The notes: generated from the letters alone by a model not told the origin. 64,000 bases of DNA from an uncultured Chitinophagaceae bacterium (GCA_963811275.1 CAWEQR010000007.1:157494-221493); one strand, 5' to 3'. Positions 10,390 to 21,299 are shown, numbered from the stretch's first letter. Numbers and translations are program-made.

Positions 10390-10474
10390 TGTCGCTCGCT
10401 GACGGAGAAGAGTATTCCCGGGTTCACTCCTCCCGGTAGTCCTGAGTGAAAAGCTTCTCCATCTGCGAACGACA
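10390..10474 (-). ncRNA. Candidate structured 5' leader RNA
   Basis: ~21-bp outer stem whose C/A mismatches become G-U pairs on the minus strand, inner TTCACTC/GAGTGAA stem; begins just after a TATTTTTG -7 box (10478-10485). Confidence 0.55.
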
Positions 10475-10818
10475 AGACAAAAATATATCGCCAAAATGCC
10501 TTTTTTTAGAAAATGTGGATGGGGGATATCCAAACTTGTGAAGAGGTAAAACAAAACGCGGGACGGGGTAAAACAAAACGGGGGACGGGATCATGGGTCT
10601 GAGGGACAGGCTGTAGCGTTTTTTCAGTAAAAACAGCTCCTGAAAGCGTCTGATTCGTTCGGATTGCCTTCGGGATGGGTTCGGGTTGCCTATCCGAAAT
10701 CCGGGTAGCCAAAGCGAAGGAACCCGGTTGTCATTCCGAAAGATGTGTCCGGCATCCGGAACTCATTGAAAATATTTTTTAAATTAGAATTTATTTTAAC
10801 CCTAAACCTCATGGTATT

Positions 10819-11157
10819 ATGCTGGAACCATTTTTTGTCAGGACGGTTGTCAAGAAAGAAAAAGTATTGAAAAGAATCGACCCCATGAAGGTCGCCGGTC
10901 TGATCCACCGAAAAAAATTATACAAAAATTATATCTGATCGATGACAAGGGCTTACACGGTGCGAATATCCCTCGCCAACGCGTTGAAAAAATTCCCCCC
11001 GAAAATGTTTATTAAAATAGACCGCGCGAATGTGGTTTCAAAATATGCCATTGATTTTATCGCCAGAGATCATCTGATCGTAAACGGTACGACTATACTT
11101 AACATCGCCAGGGGATATTACAAGTATGTCGCTGCCGGAATCAATATCATTGAGTAG
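10819..11157 (+). CDS. Stand-alone LytTR DNA-binding protein (frameshifted)
   Basis: Removing about 3 single-base insertions gives MLEPFFVR...EKNYTKIY...YTVRISLANALKKFPPKMFIKIDRANVV. Confidence 0.7.
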
Positions 11158-11388
11158 GAAACTCCTTCACATTGGAATAAGATCGACAGATCTCAAATAA
11201 TTGGAACGTATTAAAAGAATAGTAATTAAAAGAGGGAAAACCATAGGTACTAACACCACTAAACGTGGAGCCAGTCTTCCAGAGGAATGTCCGCTTATAT
11301 GTCCATGACTGTACGTGTTATATTAAAACTATATGCCTACGGCACACGTATGAGTACTCATAATCCAGGCTGATCGCAATGCTTGATA

Positions 11389-12063
11389 TTATGTTTCACT
11401 GGCCGGCTGAAGCAGTTTATAACTATATCTGCCGCGATCGCTCCAATAAGGGGTGCCAGCCAGAACCATAACTGACTGATCGATTACTTCCGGCAAATAA
11501 AGCCTGGCTTGTACTCCTGGCCGGGTTAACGAAGTGTTTGATACCGGAATATGATCAGTGGATAAGCGTGAATGAAAGAATGCCAGTCCGGCAAAGTTGG
11601 TTGCATTTCCATGCGTCGCACCCAGGATAACGATGAGGAAAAAAGAATCATTGCGACTGTGAAGTAATGGCAGCAAAGGGAATATTTTCCGGGCGAATGT
11701 TCGCGATAACCATTAGCAGCAAAACCACCCGCCAGGCTGAATTCACTGTTTCCGCTGGCAATCAGATATAAGTACATGTAGCGCCAGCGATGCCACCGAG
11801 AACCTGTGCAATGATATACCCGGGTAATTCTGCGAGGGGAACCTTCCCCAACCCATAGTTTTATCGAAACAGGGTTAAAATGTTCACCGGAAGACCCTAC
11901 TTCATTTGCATGGTTAAAACAGTGAGGCCGAAGGCCAGGGAAACTCCCAGCAGGCCAATGCCTACTGCCGGAAATGTAGCTGCCAGTACAGCACTTCCGC
12001 AACCACCCAGCACCAGCCAGAAGGTTCCGAGGAATTCTGCGAAAGTTTTTTGGAGGTTGACAT
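11389..12063 (-). pseudogene. aqpZ: Aquaporin Z pseudogene
   Basis: Fragments [61 protein letters not shown]; NPA motifs damaged, several indels and stops. Confidence 0.85.
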
Positions 12064-12188
12064 GTTTATTTTTATCGCTGTTAAAAATCTAACTAGGAAA
12101 TTTTAAAATTACCCAATGTCTTTGCATATAAATCTATTTTTTAAGAAAAATACTATAAGCCTCTTTTATCTATGATTTTAGCCTGTTT

Positions 12189-12747
12189 TTACTTATTAAA
12201 TGGCGTGTATTTAAATTTCTGTCCGCCTACCGATGCTTCATACATTAAGCCTCCTTTTTGTTGGGTGAATATGAGGATACCTTCGGAATATTTTACATTT
12301 CCGGACGCGCCTGCTGTGGCCGCCACTGCCGAAGCCTGTGCCGAAAATTCAAACTTGTTTTCTTTGAAGCGGTCAAGGGTTTCTTTACTCTGAAAAAAGA
12401 TCACTTCACGGTAAGCCTGTCCGCCAGCCTGGAAGCCGATGGTAACCTGGGTCATCTGGGCTCTTCCAATGCTAGCCCCTTTTCATAAACAATTCCGCCA
12501 CCTGAAGCACCGCCTATGCCGATTGCGCCTTTTCCTACGTTCGGGAACATAACATATCCATAGGCAATCTTAAAGAGATTTTTCATCAGGGAGTCTGTAT
12601 GAATAAAATCCTTAGCGCCCTTCTTGCTGTCCTCCACCAGTTGCTTGTCCTTTTCTATCCGCCTGACCTGCCGATGCGGTCCATACGCAAGCGAAGACAA
12701 ATACCAAAGCTGATTTTAGTAAAAGTTTGAATAAGATGCTTTTTCAT
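12189..12747 (-). CDS. Ysc84/SYLF lipid-binding domain protein (frameshifted)
   Basis: AYGYVMFPNVGKGAIGIGGASG, IGFQAGGQAYREVIFF, GGLMYEASVGGQKF. Confidence 0.8.
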
Positions 12748-14077
12748 ATTGCTGGTTTTATAAGTGACTTGTCTGGATAAACATTAGACTGATCGAACAT
12801 CCTTCCAACTATGCACATTATCTTATGCTAAAATTCATTCAGGGGACAAAGAGACAGATTTATATATTTTTTGAAAAGATTCCGGTCACAAGCCAATATG
12901 ACTAATATTTGACATTCCGGATGGTTTTCGTGGGGGAGCATACAGCACTGATGTAAGGATGCCAACAATACCTGCAGACTGAAGAGTACGGAAGAAGCCC
13001 GTGAACTGAGGGGGATTATGTGATAAACGATATCTTAATTTTACGGTAATTAAGAAGTGAAATTACGGAGACATTCTGCATAGTATGCTCTTTATAAAAG
13101 CAGTTTTACTGAATCAGGCGCCTGATATACAGATAAGAACCTGCATAAGCCAGCCTCTTATCTTTAAGAAAGAATCAAATAGTAAGTTAGCGTTTTTTAT
13201 ATTTAATACGTAAGATTATAATTTGGGTGGTAGGGTCCTTTAGAGACGCATCTGACGATTAATCAACTTTAATCGTCACAAATTCCGTTGAAACCCACCT
13301 AAATTCGCGCTATGAAGAATTCAACCTATTTTGATAATAGGTTCCCTGGTATTTGCGTGACAAAATGAACCCAAACCGCATAAGGGAGACAGTTGCAACA
13401 GCCGAACGAGGGAGCAGGCCGACGGAAATGATACAATCTCTACAAAGCTGGTGAGCGCACAACAGAAGTTCCTGAGGAGTAAAATTCAAGATGCCAGCAT
13501 ATATTTTCGAAGCAATATCCTGAACCCCATCTTTAGGTTACTAATTTAGTACGGGAGCGGATCCACTTTTTAGTTTAGGTTCTAGTCAAGCCAATGAAAC
13601 CATTGGAAACAATTAGTATTTTTCCAGGAAAAATTTAACTGGTACAGCTCGTGGTAGCCTTTAGTTAATAATGCCATTTTCTATTGATTTCGTATACGAT
13701 AATAATCGACTTTTCCAAAATGGATACCGTATACCAGAAGAATACCGATGAATGAGGCTCTTCCTTTACTTGTTTGAGTATTTGTTTAGCGTTTGGATCA
13801 CTGGAAGTGAATTAAATTCGATTTCTGGGAGAAACAGGGATACGTGTATCGGTAAGGGACCTAATATCGCTTAAAGATATTTCCACGGGACAATTCAGGC
13901 TATCACACTACCAGGGTCTAAACACCCCCTTAACTGGAGGGCAACTGGCCTATTGCTGGAGATGAGTAAATCCGGTATATTTATAGAGCAAATCGCGGCA
14001 ATGAAAAGTCGATTTCTAAAAAGGGGGTCAAAGTCTTCTATCAAACAGTTGCAAATACGAGAATAATTTAGCCATAT

Positions 14078-14851
14078 ATGAACACGAAAACTGTCTTACG
14101 AATTGGTCGTTTATTATATGGGTTCAGCATTGTCGTCATAGGGATACACCAAATGATTATGAAAAATTTTCGTCCGGAGATTTTACCTCCGTTCCCGGGC
14201 CTGGCACATACCCATATGATATTTCCTGTTCTTACAGGCATCGTTCTGGTCATTGCAGGAATTCTCATCGCCGGGTTTAGCGCAAAAAAAATATGCCTTT
14301 TTTTGGGATTTTTATTTCTTGCGCTGCTAATTACCTGTCAGCTGCCCTATATTCTTTTCATCAGTCCCGCGAAAGTTACGAATCTGGCAGTCTGGTTTGC
14401 GGCGGGTGAGGCTTTGGCCTATAGTGGTGGCGCGTTTGTCATGGCAGGTTCGTTTTCAGGAAAACCCATACCCATCGGCAGCCTGTTTTTTTCACTGCTG
14501 ATTATCCTGTTTGGTTCCAGTCATTTTGTGTTTCCGGCGGATGTATCTGCGATGGTACCGAAATGGCTGGGCGCACCCGTTTTCTGGACGTATTTTGTGG
14601 GCGCCGCATTGATTGCTTCGGGTTTCGCGATTATTTTCAAGATTTGGATTCAAGTGACTGCATGGCTGTTGGCTGCCATGCTTTTTCTTTTTTTTCTCTT
14701 TTTCCATTTGCCCGACGCGATACAAAATCCTTCGGCAGGATACGGTAATGAAATTGTTCGTGCTATTATTTGCCTGCAGTTTTGTGGTACTGCCATGGTG
14801 ATCGCTGTAACCAACGGTCGGGAAAACAAACCGGCCCGCAGTAGTTTTTGA
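14078..14851 (+). CDS. DoxX-like membrane protein
   Basis: Multi-TM protein with duplicated G..H motifs and MVPKWLGAPVFWTY. Confidence 0.7.
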   Translation: MNTKTVLRIGRLLYGFSIVVIGIHQMIMKNFRPEILPPFPGLAHTHMIFPVLTGIVLVIAGILIAGFSAKKICLFLGFLFLALLITCQLPYILFISPAKVTNLAVWFAAGEALAYSGGAFVMAGSFSGKPIPIGSLFFSLLIILFGSSHFVFPADVSAMVPKWLGAPVFWTYFVGAALIASGFAIIFKIWIQVTAWLLAAMLFLFFLFFHLPDAIQNPSAGYGNEIVRAIICLQFCGTAMVIAVTNGRENKPARSSF

Positions 14852-14867
14852 TCCTCCTGTTTGGCGT

Positions 14868-14970
14868 CCGGATTAGGGGTCACCATGATACGGCATGATA
14901 CTGAATGTTACAGAACGATTCGATATGCGAAGGGAAAGCAACTATTGTATTGTAACCAGGCAACGAAACG
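14868..14970 (+). repeat. Second copy of the phased ATGATAC element
   Basis: Ungapped alignment to ~207-260 at roughly 70% identity, with weaker similarity beyond. Confidence 0.65.
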
Positions 14971-15031
14971 ATGTTTTTTTGCGTCATGAACAGGTATAAG
15001 ATAATTTTGTATGAACGGGACTGGTCAAAAT

Positions 15032-16093
15032 ATGAAAAATTTAATGTGCATAGGTTCTGTTGGGTTGGTTCTTTTTATATGGCTGGGGTCAGCCGCCTGC
15101 AACAAAAATTCACCCGTCGTTGCCCCTGGCAGCAATCAAACAGGACCGGTTGATGTTTACCTGGCTGGTTGGAGGTCTTATTATCCGGCTAATGAGGTAG
15201 CCGTCTACTGGAAAAATAATGTTTTAACGGACCTTACAGATGGCTCACGTTTTATAACAGCCAATTCCATCGCCGTTTTAGGGAGTGACGTTTATGTGGG
15301 AGGCAATGATTTTATCAATAATCACTTCGTTGCAAAATATTGGAAGAATGGAACTATCCATAATCTTTCGGATACCGCTTTGCCATCGTATGTAAGCTCG
15401 ATGGCAATTTCAGGGAACGATGTCTATTTTGCGGGATATGGAAACGATGGAGATCATAAAATTGCTAAATACTGGAAAAACGGACAACCGGTGAGTCTTA
15501 GTTCCGGCTCAAACGATGCTGTAATCACTTCCATTATTGTTACAGGTAACAATGTATATGCTGCCGGTTGGAAGTCAAATGGGAAATTTGAAGTAGCCAC
15601 CTATTGGAGAAACGGTATAGCGGTAAGTTTAGATGACGGATCGAAGAACACGGAAGCTTTGTCTATAGCTGTTTTGGGTTCGGATATATATATAGCAGGC
15701 AATGAATATACTACATCAGATAGTTGTCCTATGTGTGCCCGGGCTCCGGCTTCCATCAATGTTTCAAAGATATGGAAGAACGGATCCGTAATAAAAACAG
15801 GAGCTGTTTCTCAGAATTTCAGTTCCCTGGTTGTTTCCAATAACGATGTTTACATTGCTGGAAGTGATGCAGGGGTAGCCAGCTATTTTAAAAATGACAG
15901 TGTATTTCATCTTTCAAACGGGGTCAGTGAAGCATCCGGAATAGCTCTTTGGGGTACTGATATATACGTAACGGGTTATGAAAATATCTCAGGTCATAAC
16001 GTTCCTGTCTATTGGAAAAATGGCGCCGCTGTACGATTGACTGACGGGCAGAATAATTCCTATTCTCCTGCGATTTACCTGAACAGGCAATAA
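15032..16093 (+). CDS. Beta-propeller-like repeat lipoprotein
   Basis: Lipobox SAAC; about 7 repeats of DVYxAG...YWKNG. Confidence 0.8.
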   Translation: MKNLMCIGSVGLVLFIWLGSAACNKNSPVVAPGSNQTGPVDVYLAGWRSYYPANEVAVYWKNNVLTDLTDGSRFITANSIAVLGSDVYVGGNDFINNHFVAKYWKNGTIHNLSDTALPSYVSSMAISGNDVYFAGYGNDGDHKIAKYWKNGQPVSLSSGSNDAVITSIIVTGNNVYAAGWKSNGKFEVATYWRNGIAVSLDDGSKNTEALSIAVLGSDIYIAGNEYTTSDSCPMCARAPASINVSKIWKNGSVIKTGAVSQNFSSLVVSNNDVYIAGSDAGVASYFKNDSVFHLSNGVSEASGIALWGTDIYVTGYENISGHNVPVYWKNGAAVRLTDGQNNSYSPAIYLNRQ

Positions 16094-16252
16094 GAAATAT
16101 ATTTTGGGAGCCAAGGAAATCGCCTGGGAAAATTTGTTTGGTAAAATAGTACAAATTTTCACATCAACCCATGTGTCTGCATGGACAAATTACAATCATC
16201 CGTAATAATCAGGTGATACGAATCAGCTTCATGAACCATTAAAAACAAATAT

Positions 16253-17017
16253 ATGTCCAGAACAATTTCAGTTATCATGCTCATGGTAGTCTTTAGTTCA
16301 GTTTTTCCTTCCTGTCAAAATGGATCAGAAAGTAAACCGCCAACAGCTTCTGACACGGTATCGAAACCGGCAGTTTCGGCACAGGTACCATTAAAGGAAA
16401 AGGTGTTAACAAAGGCGGAACAGGATGCATTAACGCCAGACCTGGTGATCCGGAGTCTGAAAGATGGCAATAGGCGTTATATGAATAATGACCTCACGCG
16501 AAGGGATCACTCTGCCCTCGTGAGAGATGCAGCATCGGGACAATTTCCTAAAGCCGTAATTCTTTCCTGCGTTGATTCCCGGGTGACGGTGGAAGATGTA
16601 TTTGATAAGGGCATTGGTGATCTGTTTGTAGGGAGAGTTGCCGGAAATTTTGTAAATGTTGATTTACTTGGCAGTATGGAGTTTGGCTGTAAAGTATCCG
16701 GTGCTAAATTGATCGTGGTCCTGGGACATGAATCCTGCGGTGCCATAAAATCTGCAATTGATAATGTTAAGCTGGGAAACATAACAGCCATGCTGTCGAA
16801 AATACGACCGGCTGTGGCGAAGTCACTGGATTTTAAAGGGGAAAAGTCTTCGAAAAATGCTGAATTTGTAGATTATGTAGGTAAGAATAATGTGATGATG
16901 ACAATCGAAAATATCAAAAAGGGAAGTCCGATTTTGAGAGAAATGGCTGAGAAGGGGGAAATAAAAATAATCGGGGCTTATTACAGTCTTAAAACCGGAG
17001 AAGTGATTTTTCTATGA
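16253..17017 (+). CDS. Beta-class carbonic anhydrase (lipoprotein)
   Basis: CVDSRV and GHESCGA zinc motifs; lipobox. Confidence 0.95.
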   Translation: MSRTISVIMLMVVFSSVFPSCQNGSESKPPTASDTVSKPAVSAQVPLKEKVLTKAEQDALTPDLVIRSLKDGNRRYMNNDLTRRDHSALVRDAASGQFPKAVILSCVDSRVTVEDVFDKGIGDLFVGRVAGNFVNVDLLGSMEFGCKVSGAKLIVVLGHESCGAIKSAIDNVKLGNITAMLSKIRPAVAKSLDFKGEKSSKNAEFVDYVGKNNVMMTIENIKKGSPILREMAEKGEIKIIGAYYSLKTGEVIFL

Positions 17018-17372
17018 TATAAGCCAAATTGAAATTGGCGAAAAATTGGCATAGTTAATTTTTAGGGGGCTTTTATAAATGAACATTTATTTATGCTTAC
17101 CTGCACTTTTGTTGATTTGGTGTCCTGTTTATAAGTCTGATATTAAGTATATGCAACTGCTCATGCATCGCTTCATTTAGGGATGTAAGGTTTGTTAAAG
17201 TGTGGTGCCGCAGTAGATCTGTCCTTCAGTTTGTTGTACAATTTTATAAATATGTTTCAATATTCACACATTCCCCGGGGGATCGGGAAGATGACTCCGC
17301 AGATTTTGCTTCTCAGATGTTGAACAGATTCGAATTAGACTTATCTTATCAGGTATTTCAAACAGCGCATTT

Positions 17373-17765
17373 GTGTATACGATTTTAATAATTGAAGATA
17401 ATTGTGATATTCTGGATAATCTTGCAGAATACCTGGAGTTGATTGGTTTCAAAACGCTGCAGGCTAATACAGGAAAGCAAGGAGTTGAACTTTTTACAAA
17501 ATATATACCTGATTTAATTATTTGCGATATCATGATGTCTGAAATGAACGGTTATGAGGTACTAAAACGATTGATGGATAATGTCGGGACTTGTGAAATA
17601 CCATTTATATTCAGTACTTCTACATTTGAAAAGAAAGATATAAATGAAGCATTGATTTTTGGTGCAGATAACCTGATTACCAAACCGTATCAACTGGAAG
17701 ATCTGACGCACATGATAAAAGATTTGATTGGCTCTGGCAGTAAAAGGCGTAATAAAGTATATTGA
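17373..17765 (+). CDS. Single-domain response regulator
   Basis: ILIIED, PDLIICDIMM, KP motifs. Confidence 0.85.
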   Translation: MYTILIIEDNCDILDNLAEYLELIGFKTLQANTGKQGVELFTKYIPDLIICDIMMSEMNGYEVLKRLMDNVGTCEIPFIFSTSTFEKKDINEALIFGADNLITKPYQLEDLTHMIKDLIGSGSKRRNKVY

Positions 17766-17866
17766 AAAAGCCTGCAGCATAAAGAACAATTTAAGTGGCA
17801 TTGTCCTGTTCACCGGCGACAGCGTATCCGTTTTAGGTGGGCGCTGATGCAGTAATACCTATTGCG

Positions 17867-19222
17867 TTACTGATCTGATTCAACCACATAATTATCGGCA
17901 ATACGGATGGATTCGCTGATGATGGCAAGGCCCTCATCTATCTGCTCTTTGGTAATACACAGCGGCGGAGCAATAAATATAAAGTTCCATCTGACAAACG
18001 TGTACATGCCCAGCTCTTTTATTTTTGCAGCTACCTGGTTCATGACCTGCATTTCATCCGGTTTCGCGTTAAAGGGTGCCATGGGTTCTTTGGTTCTGCG
18101 GTTTCTTACCAGTTCAAGGCATCCCAATAAACCGGTATTTCGCCAGTCACCAATAGACGGATGTTTTTGTTTTAAAAGTTCTACCTGGGCATCCATATAT
18201 TCACCCATAACACGGGCGTTTTCAATGAGCCTGTCATCTTCATAAATTCTAAGCGTTTCCAGGGCAGCAGCGCAGCTAACCGGATGCGCCGAATAGGTGA
18301 GGCCCAAGGGCAATACCATGTTATCATATTTTGATGCTATCGGATCACTGACCATTAAACAACCAAAGGGTAAATATCCGGCCGTAAGTCCCTTCGCCAT
18401 GGCAATCATATCGGGTATGATATTATGATTTTGAAATCCGAACCATTGGCCTGTGCGGCCAAAACCGCTCATCACTTCATCCATGATCAGCAGGATGCCG
18501 TGTTTGTTGCAAATTTCCCTTACATGTAACAGGTAATCTTTCGGATACCGGAAACAACCCGATGAACCGGATTCGCCTTCTAAAAGAATGGCGGCGATAT
18601 TTCCGGGACCCTCGTAAGCGATCATTCTCTCGAGACTGGCGACTGCTTCCTGTAATAAACTCTTTTCGCCATGGGGCCAGCGGTAGGCGTAAGGAATATC
18701 TATATGAATAAAATTGGGTGCCTGCTGCGCATCAACAGCTAATTTACGCGGATCGCCACCGGCAGATATCACCCCGTACGTGGATCCATGGTAAGACTGG
18801 TACCGGCTGATGATTTTATGACGGCCTGTATATAAACGGGCCAGCTTGATGGCATTTTCTACAGAAGTGGCTCCGCATAAGGTGAAAAATGCCTTGTTCA
18901 GATCACCGGGGCATATTTCCGCCAGTTTTTTCCCCAGGTCACCTCTCACTTTTGTTACGCAACCGGGAGTCACATAACTTACTTCCTGCATTTGCTTTAC
19001 TACCGCATCCGTGATACGCTGATTGCCGTGACCAATATTTACATTCATCAATCCCGAAGAGAAGTCAATATAACGCCTGTCTTCGTAATCATAGAGGTAA
19101 ACACCTTTGGCCCTTTTTACAGCGATGGGATCAATGCCTTTTTGTTTGCTCCACGAGAATAAAGTGTGATCCAGGTTATCCTGGATCACTTCCTGTGCTG
19201 CTGATAAGGATGTCTCGATCAC
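17867..19222 (-). CDS. Class III aminotransferase (beta-alanine/taurine:pyruvate type)
   Basis: LIMDEVMSGFGRTG, MAKGLTAG PLP motifs. Confidence 0.9.
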   Translation of the reverse strand: MIETSLSAAQEVIQDNLDHTLFSWSKQKGIDPIAVKRAKGVYLYDYEDRRYIDFSSGLMNVNIGHGNQRITDAVVKQMQEVSYVTPGCVTKVRGDLGKKLAEICPGDLNKAFFTLCGATSVENAIKLARLYTGRHKIISRYQSYHGSTYGVISAGGDPRKLAVDAQQAPNFIHIDIPYAYRWPHGEKSLLQEAVASLERMIAYEGPGNIAAILLEGESGSSGCFRYPKDYLLHVREICNKHGILLIMDEVMSGFGRTGQWFGFQNHNIIPDMIAMAKGLTAGYLPFGCLMVSDPIASKYDNMVLPLGLTYSAHPVSCAAALETLRIYEDDRLIENARVMGEYMDAQVELLKQKHPSIGDWRNTGLLGCLELVRNRRTKEPMAPFNAKPDEMQVMNQVAAKIKELGMYTFVRWNFIFIAPPLCITKEQIDEGLAIISESIRIADNYVVESDQ

Positions 19223-19246
19223 CTGATGGTTATTTATGATTGTTTC

Positions 19247-20704
19247 TCAGCTCATCCAGTTAACCCCTGATTCCGGGTTCCATTTGATGGTACTCTTTTT
19301 CAGTTTGGTCCAGAATTCAATAGAGCTTCTGCCGGTTATATCCCCAACACCAAACCTGCTGTCATTCCATCCTCCGAAAGAGAACGGCTCACGGGGCACC
19401 GGTACGCCAACATTCACACCGATCATACCGGCGCTGGCCTGTTCAATCACATACCGCGCCGCGCCGCCACTTTGGGTGAACACGCTGGCCGCATTACCGT
19501 AGGGACTGGCATTTTCAATAGCCAGCGCTTCATCCATCGTGCGGGTACGGATGATGGACAGGACCGGACCGAAAATTTCCTCTTTGGCCACGGACATATC
19601 CGGGGTTACATAATCAATCACGGTCGGGCCAACATAGGTGCCGTTTTCCTTTCCGGGTACCACCACATTCCTGCCATCAACTAATATTTTGGCACCCTGT
19701 TGTTCCGCTTCCGTTATATAATGTTCTATTCTTTCCCTGGAGGCTTTATTAATGACCGCGCCCAGGTTTTTACCCGCAACCAGTGTCCGGGCCTCCATAC
19801 AGATTTTGTCAATGATATGATCAATGGATCCAATACCTATCATGGCCGAAGCAGCCATACATCTTTGTCCGGCGCATCCGCTCATGGAAGCAGTAATATT
19901 CCGGGCAGTCATATCGGGTGCCGCATCGGGCAGCACCAGCAGGTGATTTTTCGCTCCGCCTAAAGCCAGGCAGCGTTTTAAATTTTGGGTAGCCCGACGG
20001 TAAACCGCTTTCGCTGCATTTGTTGAGCCAACAAATGTTACAGCCTCAATGCCGGGATGATCGCAAATAGCATTTACGATTTCCGCATCGCCATGTACTA
20101 TATTCAAAACACCATCGGGCAGGCCCGCTTCCTTCAATAACAGGGCAATACGGCCCATGCTCAGGGGAACTTTTTCGGATGGTTTCAGGATCATGCAATT
20201 TCCCAGGGCAATGGCATTGGGTATTGTCCAGTTTGGCACCATGGTAGGGAAATTAAAGGGAACGATGGATGCTACAACGCCTAAGGGCACATGTTCGGTG
20301 CGGCATTCAATACCTTTGCTTACTTCGAGTGTCTCGCCGGTTACCAGTTGCGGTAAGGAACAGGCAAATTCGGTTAATTCAATACATTTTTCAATTTCAG
20401 CGATTGATTCACTGAGGGTTTTGCCATTTTCTTCGCTGCCTAAGGCGGCCAGTTCCTGCAGGTGTTTTTCCAGCAAAAATTTGTACCGGAAAAAAACCTG
20501 CACCCTTTCTTTAATCGGGGTTTTACTCCATAAAACAAATGCGTCTTTGGCGGCTTTTACTGCATCTTCCAGGTCCGCATGCGTGGAACAGGGTAATTCC
20601 GTTAAGCAGGTTCCATCTATTGGCGAGGTGATGGTGAATATCCTTGCTGAATCAATGGTTCTAAATTCACCATGGATAAAATTTCTAATTCTTTCGTATT
20701 GCAT
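19247..20704 (-). CDS. mmsA: CoA-acylating (methyl)malonate-semialdehyde dehydrogenase
   Basis: PFNFP, LKPSEKVP, GGAKNH, GCAGQRCMA, EEIFGPV, GVNVGVPVP. Confidence 0.9.
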   Translation of the reverse strand: MQYERIRNFIHGEFRTIDSARIFTITSPIDGTCLTELPCSTHADLEDAVKAAKDAFVLWSKTPIKERVQVFFRYKFLLEKHLQELAALGSEENGKTLSESIAEIEKCIELTEFACSLPQLVTGETLEVSKGIECRTEHVPLGVVASIVPFNFPTMVPNWTIPNAIALGNCMILKPSEKVPLSMGRIALLLKEAGLPDGVLNIVHGDAEIVNAICDHPGIEAVTFVGSTNAAKAVYRRATQNLKRCLALGGAKNHLLVLPDAAPDMTARNITASMSGCAGQRCMAASAMIGIGSIDHIIDKICMEARTLVAGKNLGAVINKASRERIEHYITEAEQQGAKILVDGRNVVVPGKENGTYVGPTVIDYVTPDMSVAKEEIFGPVLSIIRTRTMDEALAIENASPYGNAASVFTQSGGAARYVIEQASAGMIGVNVGVPVPREPFSFGGWNDSRFGVGDITGRSSIEFWTKLKKSTIKWNPESGVNWMS

Positions 20705-20807
20705 ACCTGTCAAAAATAATGCATAATATTCAGAAAATGGCATGAAAAACTGCAGAATATGTATAATTAATCATTAAAAACTAATGGATATGGTGTAAAT
20801 TCGTCAG

Positions 20808-21299
20808 ATGGAGAAAACCAAACCAAGGGTAAAACCCGATAGTGTATTGGATGATATTGATTTTGCGATCATCCGTTTCCTTCAAAAAGATGGCCGTATC
20901 TCATTTACTGTCATTGCCGAAAAACTGGATCTGTCCATTGGTACCATCCGTACGAGGTTTAACCGGCTTTTGGAAGAAAATATCATTACGATAATCGGCC
21001 GGGTGGATCCGGGAAAAGTGGGGTTCGGGTCCTATGCCCATGTTGCGGTGTATATCCGGCCTGCCATATTAAAAGAACAGGTGGCCAGGAAAATCGCGGC
21101 CATGCCCGAGGTGAGTTTTTTAGCCGGCACTTTTGGTGAATATGATCTTGAAGTGGATGTCATGTGCAGGGATAACGATCACCTGGTGGAATTTGTAAAT
21201 AAATTATCCATGGTTAAAGGTGTTTATCAAACCAAAACCACTATCTATTATAAAGTGTACAAATATGCCCAGCCCGACCTGGGACTGATAGACAGGTAA
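20808..21299 (+). CDS. Lrp/AsnC family regulator
   Basis: LDDID..I...LQKDGR.SF..IA HTH and G.YD ligand domain; divergent from mmsA. Confidence 0.9.
   Translation: MEKTKPRVKPDSVLDDIDFAIIRFLQKDGRISFTVIAEKLDLSIGTIRTRFNRLLEENIITIIGRVDPGKVGFGSYAHVAVYIRPAILKEQVARKIAAMPEVSFLAGTFGEYDLEVDVMCRDNDHLVEFVNKLSMVKGVYQTKTTIYYKVYKYAQPDLGLIDR

Noticed and set aside
13845-13859. TGTATCGGTAAGGGA resembling a third mnmE att core
   Set aside because: Only 13 of 15 bases match and the flanks do not align with the other two copies; could be chance
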